A DNA stretch of 64,000 nucleotides from Auanema rhodensis (Eukaryota; Animalia; Nematoda), in assembly GCA_964057225.1 (NCBI GenBank), contig OZ059897.1, positions 186,001 through 250,000 on the forward strand, in the 5' to 3' direction. Below, in pieces: positions 25,624-40,014 of the stretch; positions within the stretch are counted from its first letter, which is position 1, and each line of letters opens with the position of its first letter. The notes under the pieces are model-generated. The model was given only the letters and a program-made list of their open reading frames with translations, did no database searches and had not been told where the DNA came from. A program made the position numbers and the translations under genes.

Positions 25624-28431
25624 GCCTTGAAAAATGGAATCTAAAAACATCTACTTTTTGCTAAATTATTTTGAAATTTTTCGAAAAAATTTTTGTCAAA
25701 ATGTTTTTGGAAGCATTGTTGAGTGTACATGGAAACTCAACATACACTGATGCTTCATTTTTCAAAGGATCATAACTAATTTTTGTATTAAGCGTTTCTC
25801 AATGTAGTATAGTGCATTCGATGCGGATTTTTAAGCTGCGTCGATCTGTGTAATCAGATTTGCGCTAGCTTAAAAATGCACCGAGATATCAACTGATATA
25901 TGTTCACACTTATATCCTCGATTTTCACCCTGAAGAATTAATTTTTTCGTTGAATAACATTGTCCATCGTCTTTGCCTTAAATAAAGGAATCTAAAAACA
26001 TCTACTCTTTGCTAAATTATTTTGAAATTTTTCGAAAAAATTTTTGTCAAAATGTTTTTGGAAGCAATGTTGAGTGTACATGGAAACTCAACATACACTA
26101 ATGCATCATTTTTCAAACGATCATAACTAATTTTTGTATTAAGCGTTTCTCAATGTAGTATAGTGCATTCGATGCGGATTTTTAAGCTGCGTCGATCTGT
26201 GTTATCAGATTTGCGCTAGCTTAAAAATGCACCGAGATATCAACTGATATAAGTTCACACTTATATCCTCGATTTTCACCCTGAAGGAATAATTTTTTCG
26301 TTGAATAACATTGTCCATCGTCTTTGCCTTAAAAAAAGGAATCTAAAAACATCTACTTTTTGCTAAATTATTCTGAAATTTTTCGAAAAAATTTTTGTCA
26401 AAATGTTTTTAGAAGCATTGTTGAGTGTACATGGAAACTCAACATACACTAATGCATCATTTTTCAAAGGATCATAACTAATTTTTGTATTAAGCGTTTC
26501 TCAATGTAGTATAGTGCATTCGATGCGGATTTTTAAGCTGCGTCGATCTGTGTTATCAGATTTGCGCTAGCTTAAAAATGCACCGAGATATCAACTGATA
26601 TAAGTTCACACTTGTATCCTCGATTTTCACCCTGAAGGAATAATTTTTTCGTTGAATAACATTGTCCATCGTCTTTGCCTTGAAAAAAGGAATCTAAAAA
26701 CATCTACTTTTTGCTAAATTATTCTGAAATTTTTCGAAAAAATTTTTGTCAAAATGTTTTTGGAAGCATTGTTGAGTGTACATGGAAACTCAACATACAC
26801 TAATGCATCATTTTTCAAAGGATCATAACTAATTTTTGTATTAAGCGTTTCTCAATGTAGTATAGTGCATTCGATGCGGATTTTTAAGCTGCGTCGATCT
26901 GTGTTATCAGATTTGCGCTAGCTTAAAAATGCACCGAGATATCAACTGATATAAGTTCACACTTATATCCTCGATTTTCACCCTGAAGGAATAATTTTTT
27001 CGTTGAATAACATTGTCCATCATCTTTGCCTTGAAAAAAGGAATCTAAAAACATCTACTTTTTGCTAAATTATTTTGAAATTTTTCGAAAAAATTTTTGT
27101 CAAAATGTTTTTGGAAGCAATGTTGAGTGTACATGGAAACTCAACATACACTAATGCATCATATTTCAAACGATCATAACTAATTTTTGTATTAAGCGTT
27201 TCTCAATGTAGTATAGTGCATTCGATGCGGATTTTTAAGCTGCGTCGATCTGTGTTATCAGATTTGCGCTAGCTTAAAAATGCACCGAGATATCAACTGA
27301 TATAAGTTCACACTTATATCCTCGATTTTCACCCTGAAGAATTAATTTTTTCGTTGAATAACATTGTCCATCGTCTTTGCCTTGAATAAAGGAATCTAAA
27401 AACATCTACTTTTTGCTAAATTATTTTGAAATTTTTCGAAAAAATTTTTGTCAAAATGTTTTTGGAAGCAATGTTGAGTGTACATGGAAACTCAACATAC
27501 ACTAATGCATCATTTTTCAAACGATCATAACTAATTTTTGTATCAAGCGTTTCTCAATGTAGTATAGTGCATTCGATGCGGATTTTTAAGCTGCGTCGAT
27601 CTCTGTTATCAGATTTGCGCTAGCTTAAAAATGCACCGAGATATCAACTGATATAAGTTCACACTTATATCCTCGATTTTCACCCTGAAGGAATAATTTT
27701 TTCGTTGAATAACATTGTCCATCATCTTTGCCTTGAAAAAAGGAATCTAAAAACATCTACTTTTTGCTAAATTATTTTGAAATTTCTCGAAAAAATTTTT
27801 GTCAAAATGTTTTTGGAAGCATTGTTGAGTGTACATGGAAACTCAACATACACTAATGCATCATTTTTCAAACGATTATAACTAATTTTTGTATTAAGCG
27901 TTTCTCAATGTAGTATAGTGCATTCGATGCGGATTTTTAAGCTGCGTCGATCTGTGTTATCAGATTTGCGCTAGCTTAAAAATGCACCGAGATATCAACT
28001 GATATAAGTTCACACCTATATCCTCGATTTTCACCCTGAAGAATTAATTTTTTCGTTGAATAACATTGTCCATCGTCTTTGCCTTGAAAAAAGGAATCTA
28101 AAAACATCTACTTTTTGCTAAATTATTTTGAAATTTCTCGAAAAAATTTTTGTCAAAATGTTTTTGGAAGCATTGTTGAGTGTACATGGAAACTCAACAT
28201 ACACTAATGCATCATTTTTCAAACGATCATAACTAATTTTTGTATTAAGCGTTTCTCAATGTAGTATAGTGCATTCGATGCGGATTTTTAAGCTGCGTCG
28301 ATCTGTGTTATCAGATTTGCGCTAGCTTAAAAATGCACCGAGATATCAACTGATATAAGTTCACACCTATATCCTCGATTTTCACCCTGAAGGAATAATT
28401 TTTTCGTTGAATAACATTGTCCATCGTCTTT

Positions 28432-31400
28432 GCCTTGAATAAAAGAATCTAAAAACATCTACTTTTTGCTAAATTATTTTGAAATTTTTCGAAAAAATTT
28501 TTGTCAAAATGTTTTTGGAAGCAATGTTGAGTGTACATGGAAACTCAACATACACTAATGCATCATTTTTCAAACGATTATAACTAATTTTTGTATTAAG
28601 CGTTTCTCAATGTAGTATAGTGCATTCGATGCGGATTTTTAAGCTGCGTCGAACTGTGTTATCAGATTTGCGCTAGCTTAAAAATGCACCGAGATATCAA
28701 CTGATAAAAGTTCACACATATATCCTCGATTTTCACCCTGAAGAATTAATTTTTTCGTTGAATAACATTGTCCATCGTCTTTGCCTTGAAAAATGGAATC
28801 TAAAAACATCTACTTTTTGCTAAATTATTCTGAAATTTTTCGAAAAAATTTTTGTCAAAATGTTTTTGGAAGCATTGTTGAGTGTACATGGAAACTCAAC
28901 ATACACTAATGCATCATTTTTCAAAGGATCATAACTAATTTTTGTATTAAGCGTTTCTCAATGTAGTATAGTGCATTCGATGCGGATTTTTAAGCTGCGT
29001 CGATCTGTGTTATCAGATTTGCGCTAGCTTAAAAATGCACCGAGATATCAACTGATATATGTTCACACTTATATCCTCGATTTTCACCCTGAAGAATTAA
29101 TTTTTTCGTTGAATAACATTGTCCATCGTCTATGCCTTAAATAAAGGAATCTAAAAACATCTACTTTTTGCTAAATTATTTTGAAATTTTTCGAAAAAAT
29201 TTTTGTCAAAATGTTTTTGGAAGCAATGTTGAGTGTACATGGAAACTCAACATACACTAATGCATCATTTTTCAAACGATCATAACTAATTTTTGTATTA
29301 AGCGTTTCTCAATGTAGTATAGTGCATTCGATGCGGATTTTTAAGCTGCGTCGATCTGTGTTATCAGATTTGCGCTAGCTTAAAAATGCACCGAGATATC
29401 AACTGATATAAGTTCACACTTATATCCTCGATTTTCACCCTGAAGAAATAATTTTTTCGTTGAATAACATTGTCCATCGTCTTTGCCTTGAAAAATGGAA
29501 TCTAAAAACATCTACTTTTTGCTAAATTATTCTGAAATTTTTCGAAAAAATTTTTGTCAAAATGTTTTTGGAAGCATTGTTGAGTGTACATGGAAACTCA
29601 ACATACACTAATGCATCATTTTTCAAAGGATCATAACTAATTTTTGTATTAAGCGTTTCTCAATGTAGTATAGTGCATTCGATGCGGATTTTTAAGCTGC
29701 GTCGATCTGTGTTATCAGATTTGCGCTAGCTTAAAAATGCACCGAGATATCAACTGATATAAGTTCACACTTATATCCTCGATTTTCACCCTGAAGAAAT
29801 AATTTTTTCGTTGAATAACATTGTCCATCGTCTTTGCCTTGAAAAATGGAATCTAAAAACATCTACTTTTTGCTAAATTATTCTGAAATTTTTCGAAAAA
29901 ATTTTTGTCAAAATGTTTTTGGAAGCAATGTTGAGTGTACATGGAAACTCAACATACACTAATGCATCATTTTTCAAACGATCATAACTAATTTTTGTAT
30001 CAAGCGTTTCTCAATGTAGTTTAGTGCATTCGATGCGGATTTTTAAGCTGCGTCGATCTGTGTTATCAGATTTGCGCTAGCTTAAAAATGCACCGAGATA
30101 TCAACTGATATAAGTGCACACCTATATCCTCGATTTTCACCCTGAAGAATTAATTTTTTCGTTGAATAACATTGTCCATTGTCTTTGCCTTGAATAAAAG
30201 AATCTAAAAACATCTACTTTTTGCTAAATTATTTTGAAATTTTTCGAAAAAATTTTTGTCAAAATGTTTTTGGAAGCAATGTTGAGTGTACATGGAAACT
30301 CAACATACACTAATGCATCATTTTTCAAACGATTATAACTAATTTTTGTATTAAGCGTTTCTCAATGTAGTATAGTGCATTCGATGCGGATTTTTAAGCT
30401 GCGTCGAACTGTGTTATCAGATTTGCGCTAGCTTAAAAATGCACCGAGATATCAACTGATAAAAGTTCACACATATATCCTCGATTTTCACCCTGAAGAA
30501 TTAATTTTTTCGTTGAATAACATTGTCCATCGTCTTTGCCTTGAAAAATGGAATCTAAAAACATCTACTTTTTGCTAAATTATTCTGAAATTTTTCGAAA
30601 AAATTTTTGTCAAAATGTTTTTGGAAGCATTGTTGAGTGTACATGGAAACTCAACATACACTAATGCATCATTTTTCAAAGGATCATAACTAATTTTTGT
30701 ATTAAGCGTTTCTCAATGTAGTATAGTGCATTCGATGCGGATTTTTAAGCTGCGTCGATCTGTGTTATCAGATTTGCGCTAGCTTAAAAATGCACCGAGA
30801 TATCAACTGATATATGTTCACACTTATATCCTCGATTTTCACCCTGAAGAATTAATTTTTTCGTTGAATAACATTGTCCATCGTCTTTGCCTTAAATAAA
30901 GGAATCTAAAAACATCTACTTTTTGCTAAATTATTTTGAAATTTTTCGAAAAAATTTTTGTCAAAATGTTTTTGGAAGCAATGTTGAGTGTACATGGAAA
31001 CTCAACATACACTAATGCATCATTTTTCAAACGATCATAACTAATTTTTGTATTAAGCGTTTCTCAATGTAGTATAGTGCATTCGATGCGGATTTTTAAG
31101 CTGCGTCGATCTGTGTTATCAGATTTGCGCTAGCTTAAAAATGCACCGAGATATCAACTGATATAAGTTCACACTTATATCCTCGATTTTCACCCTGAAG
31201 AAATAATTTTTTCGTTGAATAACATTGTCCATCGTCTTTGCCTTGAAAAATGGAATCTAAAAACATCTACTTTTTGCTAAATTATTCTGAAATTTTTCGA
31301 AAAAATTTTTGTCAAAATGTTTTTGGAAGCATTGTTGAGTGTACATGGAAACTCAACATACACTAATGCATCATTTTTCAAAGGATCATAACTAATTTTT

Positions 31401-34400
31401 GTATTAAGCGTTTCTCAATGTAGTATAGTGCATTCGATGCGGATTTTTAAGCTGCGTCGAACTGTGTTATCAGATTTGCGCTAGCTTAAAAATGCACCGA
31501 GATATCAACTGATAAAAGTTCACACATATATCCTCGATTTTCACCCTGAAGAATTAATTTTTTCGTTGAATAACATTGTCCATCGTCTTTGCCTTGAAAA
31601 ATGGAATCTAAAAACATCTACTTTTTGCTAAATTATTCTGAAATTTTTCGAAAAAATTTTTGTCAAAATGTTTTTGGAAGCATTGTTGAGTGTACATGGA
31701 AACTCAACATACACTAATGCATCATTTTTCAAAGGATCATAACTAATTTTTGTATTAAGCGTTTCTCAATGTAGTATAGTGCATTCGATGCGGATTTTTA
31801 AGCTGCGTCGATCTGTGTTATCAGATTTGCGCTAGCTTAAAAATGCACCGAGATATCAACTGATATATGTTCACACTTATATCCTCGATTTTCACCCTGA
31901 AGAATTAATTTTTTCGTTGAATAACATTGTCCATCGTCTTTGCCTTAAATAAAGGAATCTAAAAACATCTACTTTTTGCTAAATTATTTTGAAATTTTTC
32001 GAAAAAATTTTTGTCAAAATGTTTTTGGAAGCAATGTTGAGTGTACATGGAAACTCAACATACACTAATGCATCATTTTTCAAACGATCATAACTAATTT
32101 TTGTATTAAGCGTTTCTCAATGTAGTATAGTGCATTCGATGCGGATTTTTAAGCTGCGTCGATCTGTGTTATCAGATTTGCGCTAGCTTAAAAATGCACC
32201 GAGATATCAACTGATATAAGTTCACACTTATATCCTCGATTTTCACCCTGAAGAAATAATTTTTTCGTTGAATAACATTGTCCATCGTCTTTGCCTTGAA
32301 AAATGGAATCTAAAAACATCTACTTTTTGCTAAATTATTCTGAAATTTTTCGAAAAAATTTTTGTCAAAATGTTTTTGGAAGCATTGTTGAGTGTACATG
32401 GAAACTCAACATACACTAATGCATCATTTTTCAAAGGATCATAACTAATTTTTGTATTAAGCGTTTCTCAATGTAGTATAGTGCATTCGATGCGGATTTT
32501 TAAGCTGCGTCGATCTGTGTTATCAGATTTGCGCTAGCTTAAAAATGCACCGAGATATCAACTGATATAAGTTCACACTTATATCCTCGATTTTCACCCT
32601 GAAGAAATAATTTTTTCGTTGAATAACATTGTCCATCGTCTTTGCCTTGAAAAATGGAATCTAAAAACATCTACTTTTTGCTAAATTATTCTGAAATTTT
32701 TCGAAAAAATTTTTGTCAAAATGTTTTTGGAAGCAATGTTGAGTGTACATGGAAACTCAACATACACTAATGCATCATTTTTCAAACGATCATAACTAAT
32801 TTTTGTATCAAGCGTTTCTCAATGTAGTTTAGTGCATTCGATGCGGATTTTTAAGCTGCGTCGATCTGTGTTATCAGATTTGCGCTAGCTTAAAAATGCA
32901 CCGAGATATCAACTGATATAAGTGCACACTTATATCCTCGATTTTCACCCTGAAGGAATAATTTTTTCGTTGAATAACATTGTCCATCGTCTTTGCCTTG
33001 AAAAATGGAATCTAAAAACATCTACTTTTTGCTAAATTATTTTGAAATTTTTCGAAAAAATTTTTGTCAAAATGTTTTTGGAAGCAATGTTGAGTGTACA
33101 TGGAAACTCAACATACACTAATGCATCATTTTTCAAACGATCATAACTAATTTTTGTATTAAGCGTTTCTCAATGTAGTATAGTGCATTCGATGCGGATT
33201 TTTAAGCTGCGTCGTTCTGTGTTATCAGATTTGCGCTAGCTTAAAAATGCACCGAGATATCAACTGATATATGTTCACACTTATATCCTCGATTTTCACC
33301 CTGAAGAATTAATTTTTTCGTTGAATAACATTGTCCATCGTCTTTGCCTTAAATAAAGGAATCTAAAAACAGCTACTTTTTGCTAAATTATTTTGAAATT
33401 TTTCGAAAAAATTTTTGTCAAAATGTTTTTGGAAGCAATGTTGAGTGTACATGGAAACTCAACATACACTAATGCATCATTTTTCAAACGATCATAACTA
33501 ATTTTTGTATTAAGCGTTTCTCAATGTAGTATAGTGCATTCGATGCGGATTTTTAAGCTGCGTCGATCTGTGTTATCAGATTTGCGCTAGCTTAGAAATG
33601 CACCGAGATATCAACTGATATAAGTTCACACTTATATCCTCGATTTTCACCCTGAAGGAATAATTTTTTCGTTGAATAACATTGTCCATCGTCTTTGCCT
33701 TGAAAAAAGGAATCTAAAAACATCTACTTTTTGCTAAATTATTTTGAAATTTCTCGAAAAAATTTTTGTCAAAATGTTTTTGGAAGCAATGTTGAGTGTA
33801 CATGGAAACTCAACATACACTAATGCATCATTTTTCAAACGATCATAACTAATTTTTGTATTAAGCGTTTCTCAATGTAGTATAGTGCATTCGATGCGGA
33901 TTTTTAAGCTGCGTCGTTCTGTGTTATCAGATTTGCGCTAGCTTAAAAATGCACCGAGATATCAACTGATATATGTTCACACTTATATCCTCGATTTTCA
34001 CCCTGAAGAATTAATTTTTTCGTTGAATAACATTGTCCATCGTCTTTGCCTTAAATAAAGGAATCTAAAAACAGCTACTTTTTGCTAAATTATTTTGAAA
34101 TTTTTCGAAAAAATTTTTGTCAAAATGTTTTTGGAAGCAATGTTGAGTGTACATGGAAACTCAACATACACTAATGCATCATTTTTCAAACGATCATAAC
34201 TAATTTTTGTATTAAGCGTTTCTCAATGTAGTATAGTGCATTCGATGCGGATTTTTAAGCTGCGTCGATCTGTGTTATCAGATTTGCGCTAGCTTAGAAA
34301 TGCACCGAGATATCAACTGATATAAGTTCACACTTATATCCTCGATTTTCACCCTGAAGGAATGATTTTTTCGTTGAATAACATTGTCCATCGTCTTTGC

Positions 34401-37400
34401 CTTGAAAAAAGGAATCTAAAAACATCTACTTTTTGCTAAATTATTTTGAAATTTCTCGAAAAAATTTTTGTCAAAATGTTTTTGGAAGCATTGTTGAGTG
34501 TACATGGAAACTCAACATACACTAATGCATCATTTTTCAAACGATCATAACTAATTTTTGTATTAAGCGTTTCTCAATGTAGTATAGTGCATTCGATGCG
34601 GATTTTTAAGCTGCGTCGATCTGTGTTATCAGATTTGCGCTAGCTTAAAAATGCACCGAGATATCAACTGATATATGTTCACACTTATATCCTCGATTTT
34701 CACCCTGAAGAATTAATTTTTTCGTTGAATAACATTGTCCATCGTCTTTGCCTTAAATAAAGGAATCTAAAAACAGCTACTTTTTGCTAAATTATTTTGA
34801 AATTTTTCGAAAAAATTTTTGTCAAAATGTTTTTGGAAGCAATGTTGAGTGTACATGGAAACTCAACATACACTAATGCATCATTTTTCAAACGATCATA
34901 ACTAATTTTTGTATTAAGCGTTTCTCAATGTACTATAGTGCATTCGATGCGGATTTTTAAGCTGCGTCGATCTGTGTTATCAGATTTGCGCTAGCTTAGA
35001 AATGCACCGAGATATCAACTGATATAAGTTCACACTTATATCCTCGATTTTCACCCTGAAGGAATAATTTTTTCGTTGAATAACATTGTCCATCGTCTTT
35101 GCCTTGAAAAAAGGAATCTAAAAACATCTACTTTTTGCTAAATTATTTTGAAATTTTTCGAAAAAATTTTTGTCAAAATGTTTTTGGAAGCATTGTTGAG
35201 TGTACATGGAAACTCAACATACACTAATGCATCATTTTTCAAACGATCATAACTAATTTTTGTATTAAGCGTTTCTCAATGTAGTATAGTGCATTCGATG
35301 CGGATTTTTAAGCTGCGTCGATCTCTGTTATCAGATTTGCGCTAGCTTAAAAATGCACCGAGATATCAACTGATATAAGTTCACACTTATATCCTCGATT
35401 TTCACCCTGAAGGAATAATTTTTTCGTTGAATAACATTGTCCATCATCTTTGCCTTGAAAAAAGGAATCTAAAAACATCTACTTTTTGCTAAATTATTTT
35501 GAAATTTTTCGAAAAAATTTTTGTCAAAATGTTTTTGGAAGCAATATTGAGTGTACATGGAAACTCAACATACACTAATGCATCATTTTTCAAACGATCA
35601 TAACTAATTTTTGTATTAAGCCTTTCTCAATGTAGTATAGTGCATTCGATGCGGATTTTTAAGCTGCGTCGATCTCTGTTATCAGATTTGCGCTAGCTTA
35701 AAAATGCACCGAGATATCAACTGATATAAGTTCACACTTATATCCTCGATTTTCACCCTGAAGAATTAATTTTTTCGTTGAATAACATTGTCCATCGTCT
35801 TTGCCTTGAATAAAGGAATCTAAAAACATCTACTTTTTGCTAAATTATTTTGAAATTTTTCGAAAAAATTTTTGTCAAAATGTTTTTGGAAGCAATGTTG
35901 AGTGTACATGGAAACTCAACATACACTAATGCATCATTTTTCAAACGATCATAACTAATTTTTGTATTAAGCGTTTCTCAATGTAGTATAGTGCATTCGA
36001 TGCGGATTTTTAAGCTGCGTCGATCTGTGTTATCAGATTTGCGCTAGCTTAAAAATGCACCGAGATATCAACTGATATAAGTTCACACATATATCCTCGA
36101 TTTTCACCCTGAAGAATTAATTTTTTCGTTGAATAACATTGTCCATCGTCTTTGCCTTGAAAAATGGAATCTAAAAACATCTACTTTTTGCTAAATTATT
36201 TTGAAATTTTTCGAAAAAATTTTTGTCAAAATGTTTTTGGAAGCATTGTTGAGTGTACATGGAAACTCAACATACACTGATGCTTCATTTTTCAAAGGAT
36301 CATAACTAATTTTTGTATTAAGCGTTTCTCAATGTAGTATAGTGCATTCGATGCGGATTTTTAAGCTGCGTCGATCTGTGTAATCAGATTTGCGCTAGCT
36401 TAAAAATGCACCGAGATATCAACTGATATATGTTCACACTTATATCCTCGATTTTCACCCTGAAGAATTAATTTTTTCGTTGAATAACATTGTCCATCGT
36501 CTTTGCCTTAAATAAAGGAATCTAAAAACATCTACTCTTTGCTAAATTATTTTGAAATTTTTCGAAAAAATTTTTGTCAAAATGTTTTTGGAAGCAATGT
36601 TGAGTGTACATGGAAACTCAACATACACTAATGCATCATTTTTCAAACGATCATAACTAATTTTTGTATTAAGCGTTTCTCAATGTAGTATAGTGCATTC
36701 GATGCGGATTTTTAAGCTGCGTCGATCTGTGTTATCAGATTTGCGCTAGCTTAAAAATGCACCGAGATATCAACTGATATAAGTTCACACTTATATCCTC
36801 GATTTTCACCCTGAAGGAATAATTTTTTCGTTGAATAACATTGTCCATCGTCTTTGCCTTGAAAAAAGGAATCTAAAAACATCTACTTTTTGCTAAATTA
36901 TTCTGAAATTTTTCGAAAAAATTTTTGTCAAAATGTTTTTAGAAGCATTGTTGAGTGTACATGGAAACTCAACATACACTAATGCATCATTTTTCAAAGG
37001 ATCATAACTAATTTTTGTATTAAGCGTTTCTCAATGTAGTATAGTGCATTCGATGCGGATTTTTAAGCTGCGTCGATCTGTGTTATCAGATTTGCGCTAG
37101 CTTAAAAATGCACCGAGATATCAACTGATATAAGTTCACACTTATATCCTCGATTTTCACCCTGAAGGAATAATTTTTTCGTTGAATAACATTGTCCATC
37201 ATCTTTGCCTTGAAAAAAGGAATCTAAAAACATCTACTTTTTGCTAAATTATTTTGAAATTTTTCGAAAAAATTTTTGTCAAAATGTTTTTGGAAGCAAT
37301 GTTGAGTGTACATGGAAACTCAACATACACTAATGCATCATATTTCAAACGATCATAACTAATTTTTGTATTAAGCGTTTCTCAATGTAGTATAGTGCAT

Positions 37401-37908
37401 TCGATGCGGATTTTTAAGCTGCGTCGATCTGTGTTATCAGATTTGCGCTAGCTTAAAAATGCACCGAGATATCAACTGATATAAGTTCACACTTATATCC
37501 TCGATTTTCACCCTGAAGAATTAATTTTTTCGTTGAATAACATTGTCCATCGTCTTTGCCTTGAATAAAGGAATCTAAAAACATCTACTTTTTGCTAAAT
37601 TATTTTGAAATTTTTCGAAAAAATTTTTGTCAAAATGTTTTTGGAAGCAATGTTGAGTGTACATGGAAACTCAACATACACTAATGCATCATTTTTCAAA
37701 CGATCATAACTAATTTTTGTATTAAGCGTTTCTCAATGTAGTATAGTGCATTCGATGCGGATTTTTAAGCTGCGTCGATCTGTGTTATCAGATTTGCGCT
37801 AGCTTAAAAATGCACCGAGATATCAACTGATATAAGTTCACACATATATCCTCGATTTTCACCCTGAAGAATTAATTTTTTCGTTGAATAACATTGTCCA
37901 TCGTCTTT
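28432..37908 (+). repeat. Mosaic segment (monomers 82-108) that repeats domain-A haplotypes and then domain-B haplotypes
   Basis: Monomers 82-94 carry the A set (T222A/T276A/T287A, T48C, C144G, T166C+A186T, T281G). Monomers 95-102 carry the B set (A221T, T27G, A250G, T57C, G184C, G171C). Monomers 103-108 match 73-79. Confidence 0.7.
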
Positions 37909-40014
37909 GCCTTGAAAAATGGAATCTAAAAACATCTACTTTTTGCTAAATTATTTTGAAATTTTTCGAAAAAATTTTTGTCAAAATGTTTTTGGAAGCA
38001 TTGTTGAGTGTACATGGAAACTCAACATACACTGATGCTTCATTTTTCAAAGGATCATAACTAATTTTTGTATTAAGCGTTTCTCAATGTAGTATAGTGC
38101 ATTCGATGCGGATTTTTAAGCTGCGTCGATCTGTGTAATCAGATTTGCGCTAGCTTAAAAATGCACCGAGATATCAACTGATATATGTTCACACTTATAT
38201 CCTCGATTTTCACCCTGAAGAATTAATTTTTTCGTTGAATAACATTGTCCATCGTCTTTGCCTTAAATAAAGGAATCTAAAAACATCTACTTTTTGCTAA
38301 ATTATTTTGAAATTTTTCGAAAAAATTTTTGTCAAAATGTTTTTGGAAGCATTGTTGAGTGTACATGGAAACTCAACATACACTAATGCATCATTTTTCA
38401 AACGATCATAACTATTTTTTGTATTAAGCGTTTCTCAATGTAGTATAGTGCATTCGATGCGGATTTTTAAGCTGCGTCGATCTGTGTTATCAGATTTGCG
38501 CTAGCTTAAAAATGCACCGAGATATCAACTGATATAAGTTCACACTTATATCCTCGATTTTCACCCTGAAGGAATAATTTTTTCGTTGAATAACATTGTC
38601 CATCGTCTTTGCCTTGAAAAAAGGAATCTAAAAACATCTACTTTTTGCTAAATTATTTTGAAATTTTTCGAAAAAATTTTTGTCAAAATGTTTTTGGAAG
38701 CATTGTTGAGTGTACATGGAAACTCAACATACACTAATGCATCATTTTTCAAACGATCATAACTAATTTTTGTATTAAGCGTTTCTCAATGTAGTATAGT
38801 GCATTCGATGCGGATTTTTAAGCTGCGTCGATCTGTGTTATCAGATTTGCGCTAGCTTAAAAATGCACCGAGATATCAACTGATATAAGTTCACACATAT
38901 ATCCTCGATTTTCACCCTGAAGAATTAATTTTTTCGTTGAATAACATTGTCCATCGTCTTTGCCTTGAAAAAAGGAATCTAAAAACATCTACTTTTTGCT
39001 AAATTATCTTGAAATTTTTCGAAAAAATTTTTGTCAAAATGTTTTTGGAAGCAATGTTGAGTGTACATGGAAACTCAACATACACTAATGCATCATTTTT
39101 CAAACGATCATAACTAATTTTTGTATTAAGCGTTTCTCAATGTAGTATAGTGCATTCGATGCGCATTTTCAAACTGCGTCGATCTGTGTTATCAGATTTG
39201 CGCTAGCTTAAAAATGCACCGAGATATCAACTGATATAAGTTCACACATATATCCTCGATTTTCACCCTGAAGAATTAATTTTTTCGTTGAATAACATTG
39301 TCCATCGTCTTTGCCTTGAAAAATGGAATCTAAAAACATCTACTTTTTGCTAAATTATTTTGAAATTTTTCGAAAAAATTTTTGTCAAAATGTTTTTGGA
39401 AGCATTGTTGAGTGTACATGGAAACTCAACATACACTGATGCTTCATTTTTCAAAGGATCATAACTAATTTTTGTATTAAGCGTTTCTCAATGTAGTATA
39501 GTGCATTCGATGCGGATTTTTAAGCTGCGTCGATCTGTGTAATCAGATTTGCGCTAGCTTAAAAATGCACCGAGATATCAACTGATATATGTTCACACTT
39601 ATATCCTCGATTTTCACCCTGAAGAATTAATTTTTTCGTTGAATAACATTGTCCATCGTCTTTGCCTTAAATAAAGGAATCTAAAAACATCTACTTTTTG
39701 CTAAATTATTTTGAAATTTTTCGAAAAAATTTTTGTCAAAATGTTTTTGGAAGCATTGTTGAGTGTACATGGAAACTCAACATACACTAATGCATCATTT
39801 TTCAAACGATCATAACTATTTTTTGTATTAAGCGTTTCTCAATGTAGTATAGTGCATTCGATGCGGATTTTTAAGCTGCGTCGATCTGTGTTATCAGATT
39901 TGCGCTAGCTTAAAAATGCACCGAGATATCAACTGATATAAGTTCACACTTATATCCTCGATTTTCACCCTGAAGGAATAATTTTTTCGTTGAATAACAT
40001 TGTCCATCGTCTTT

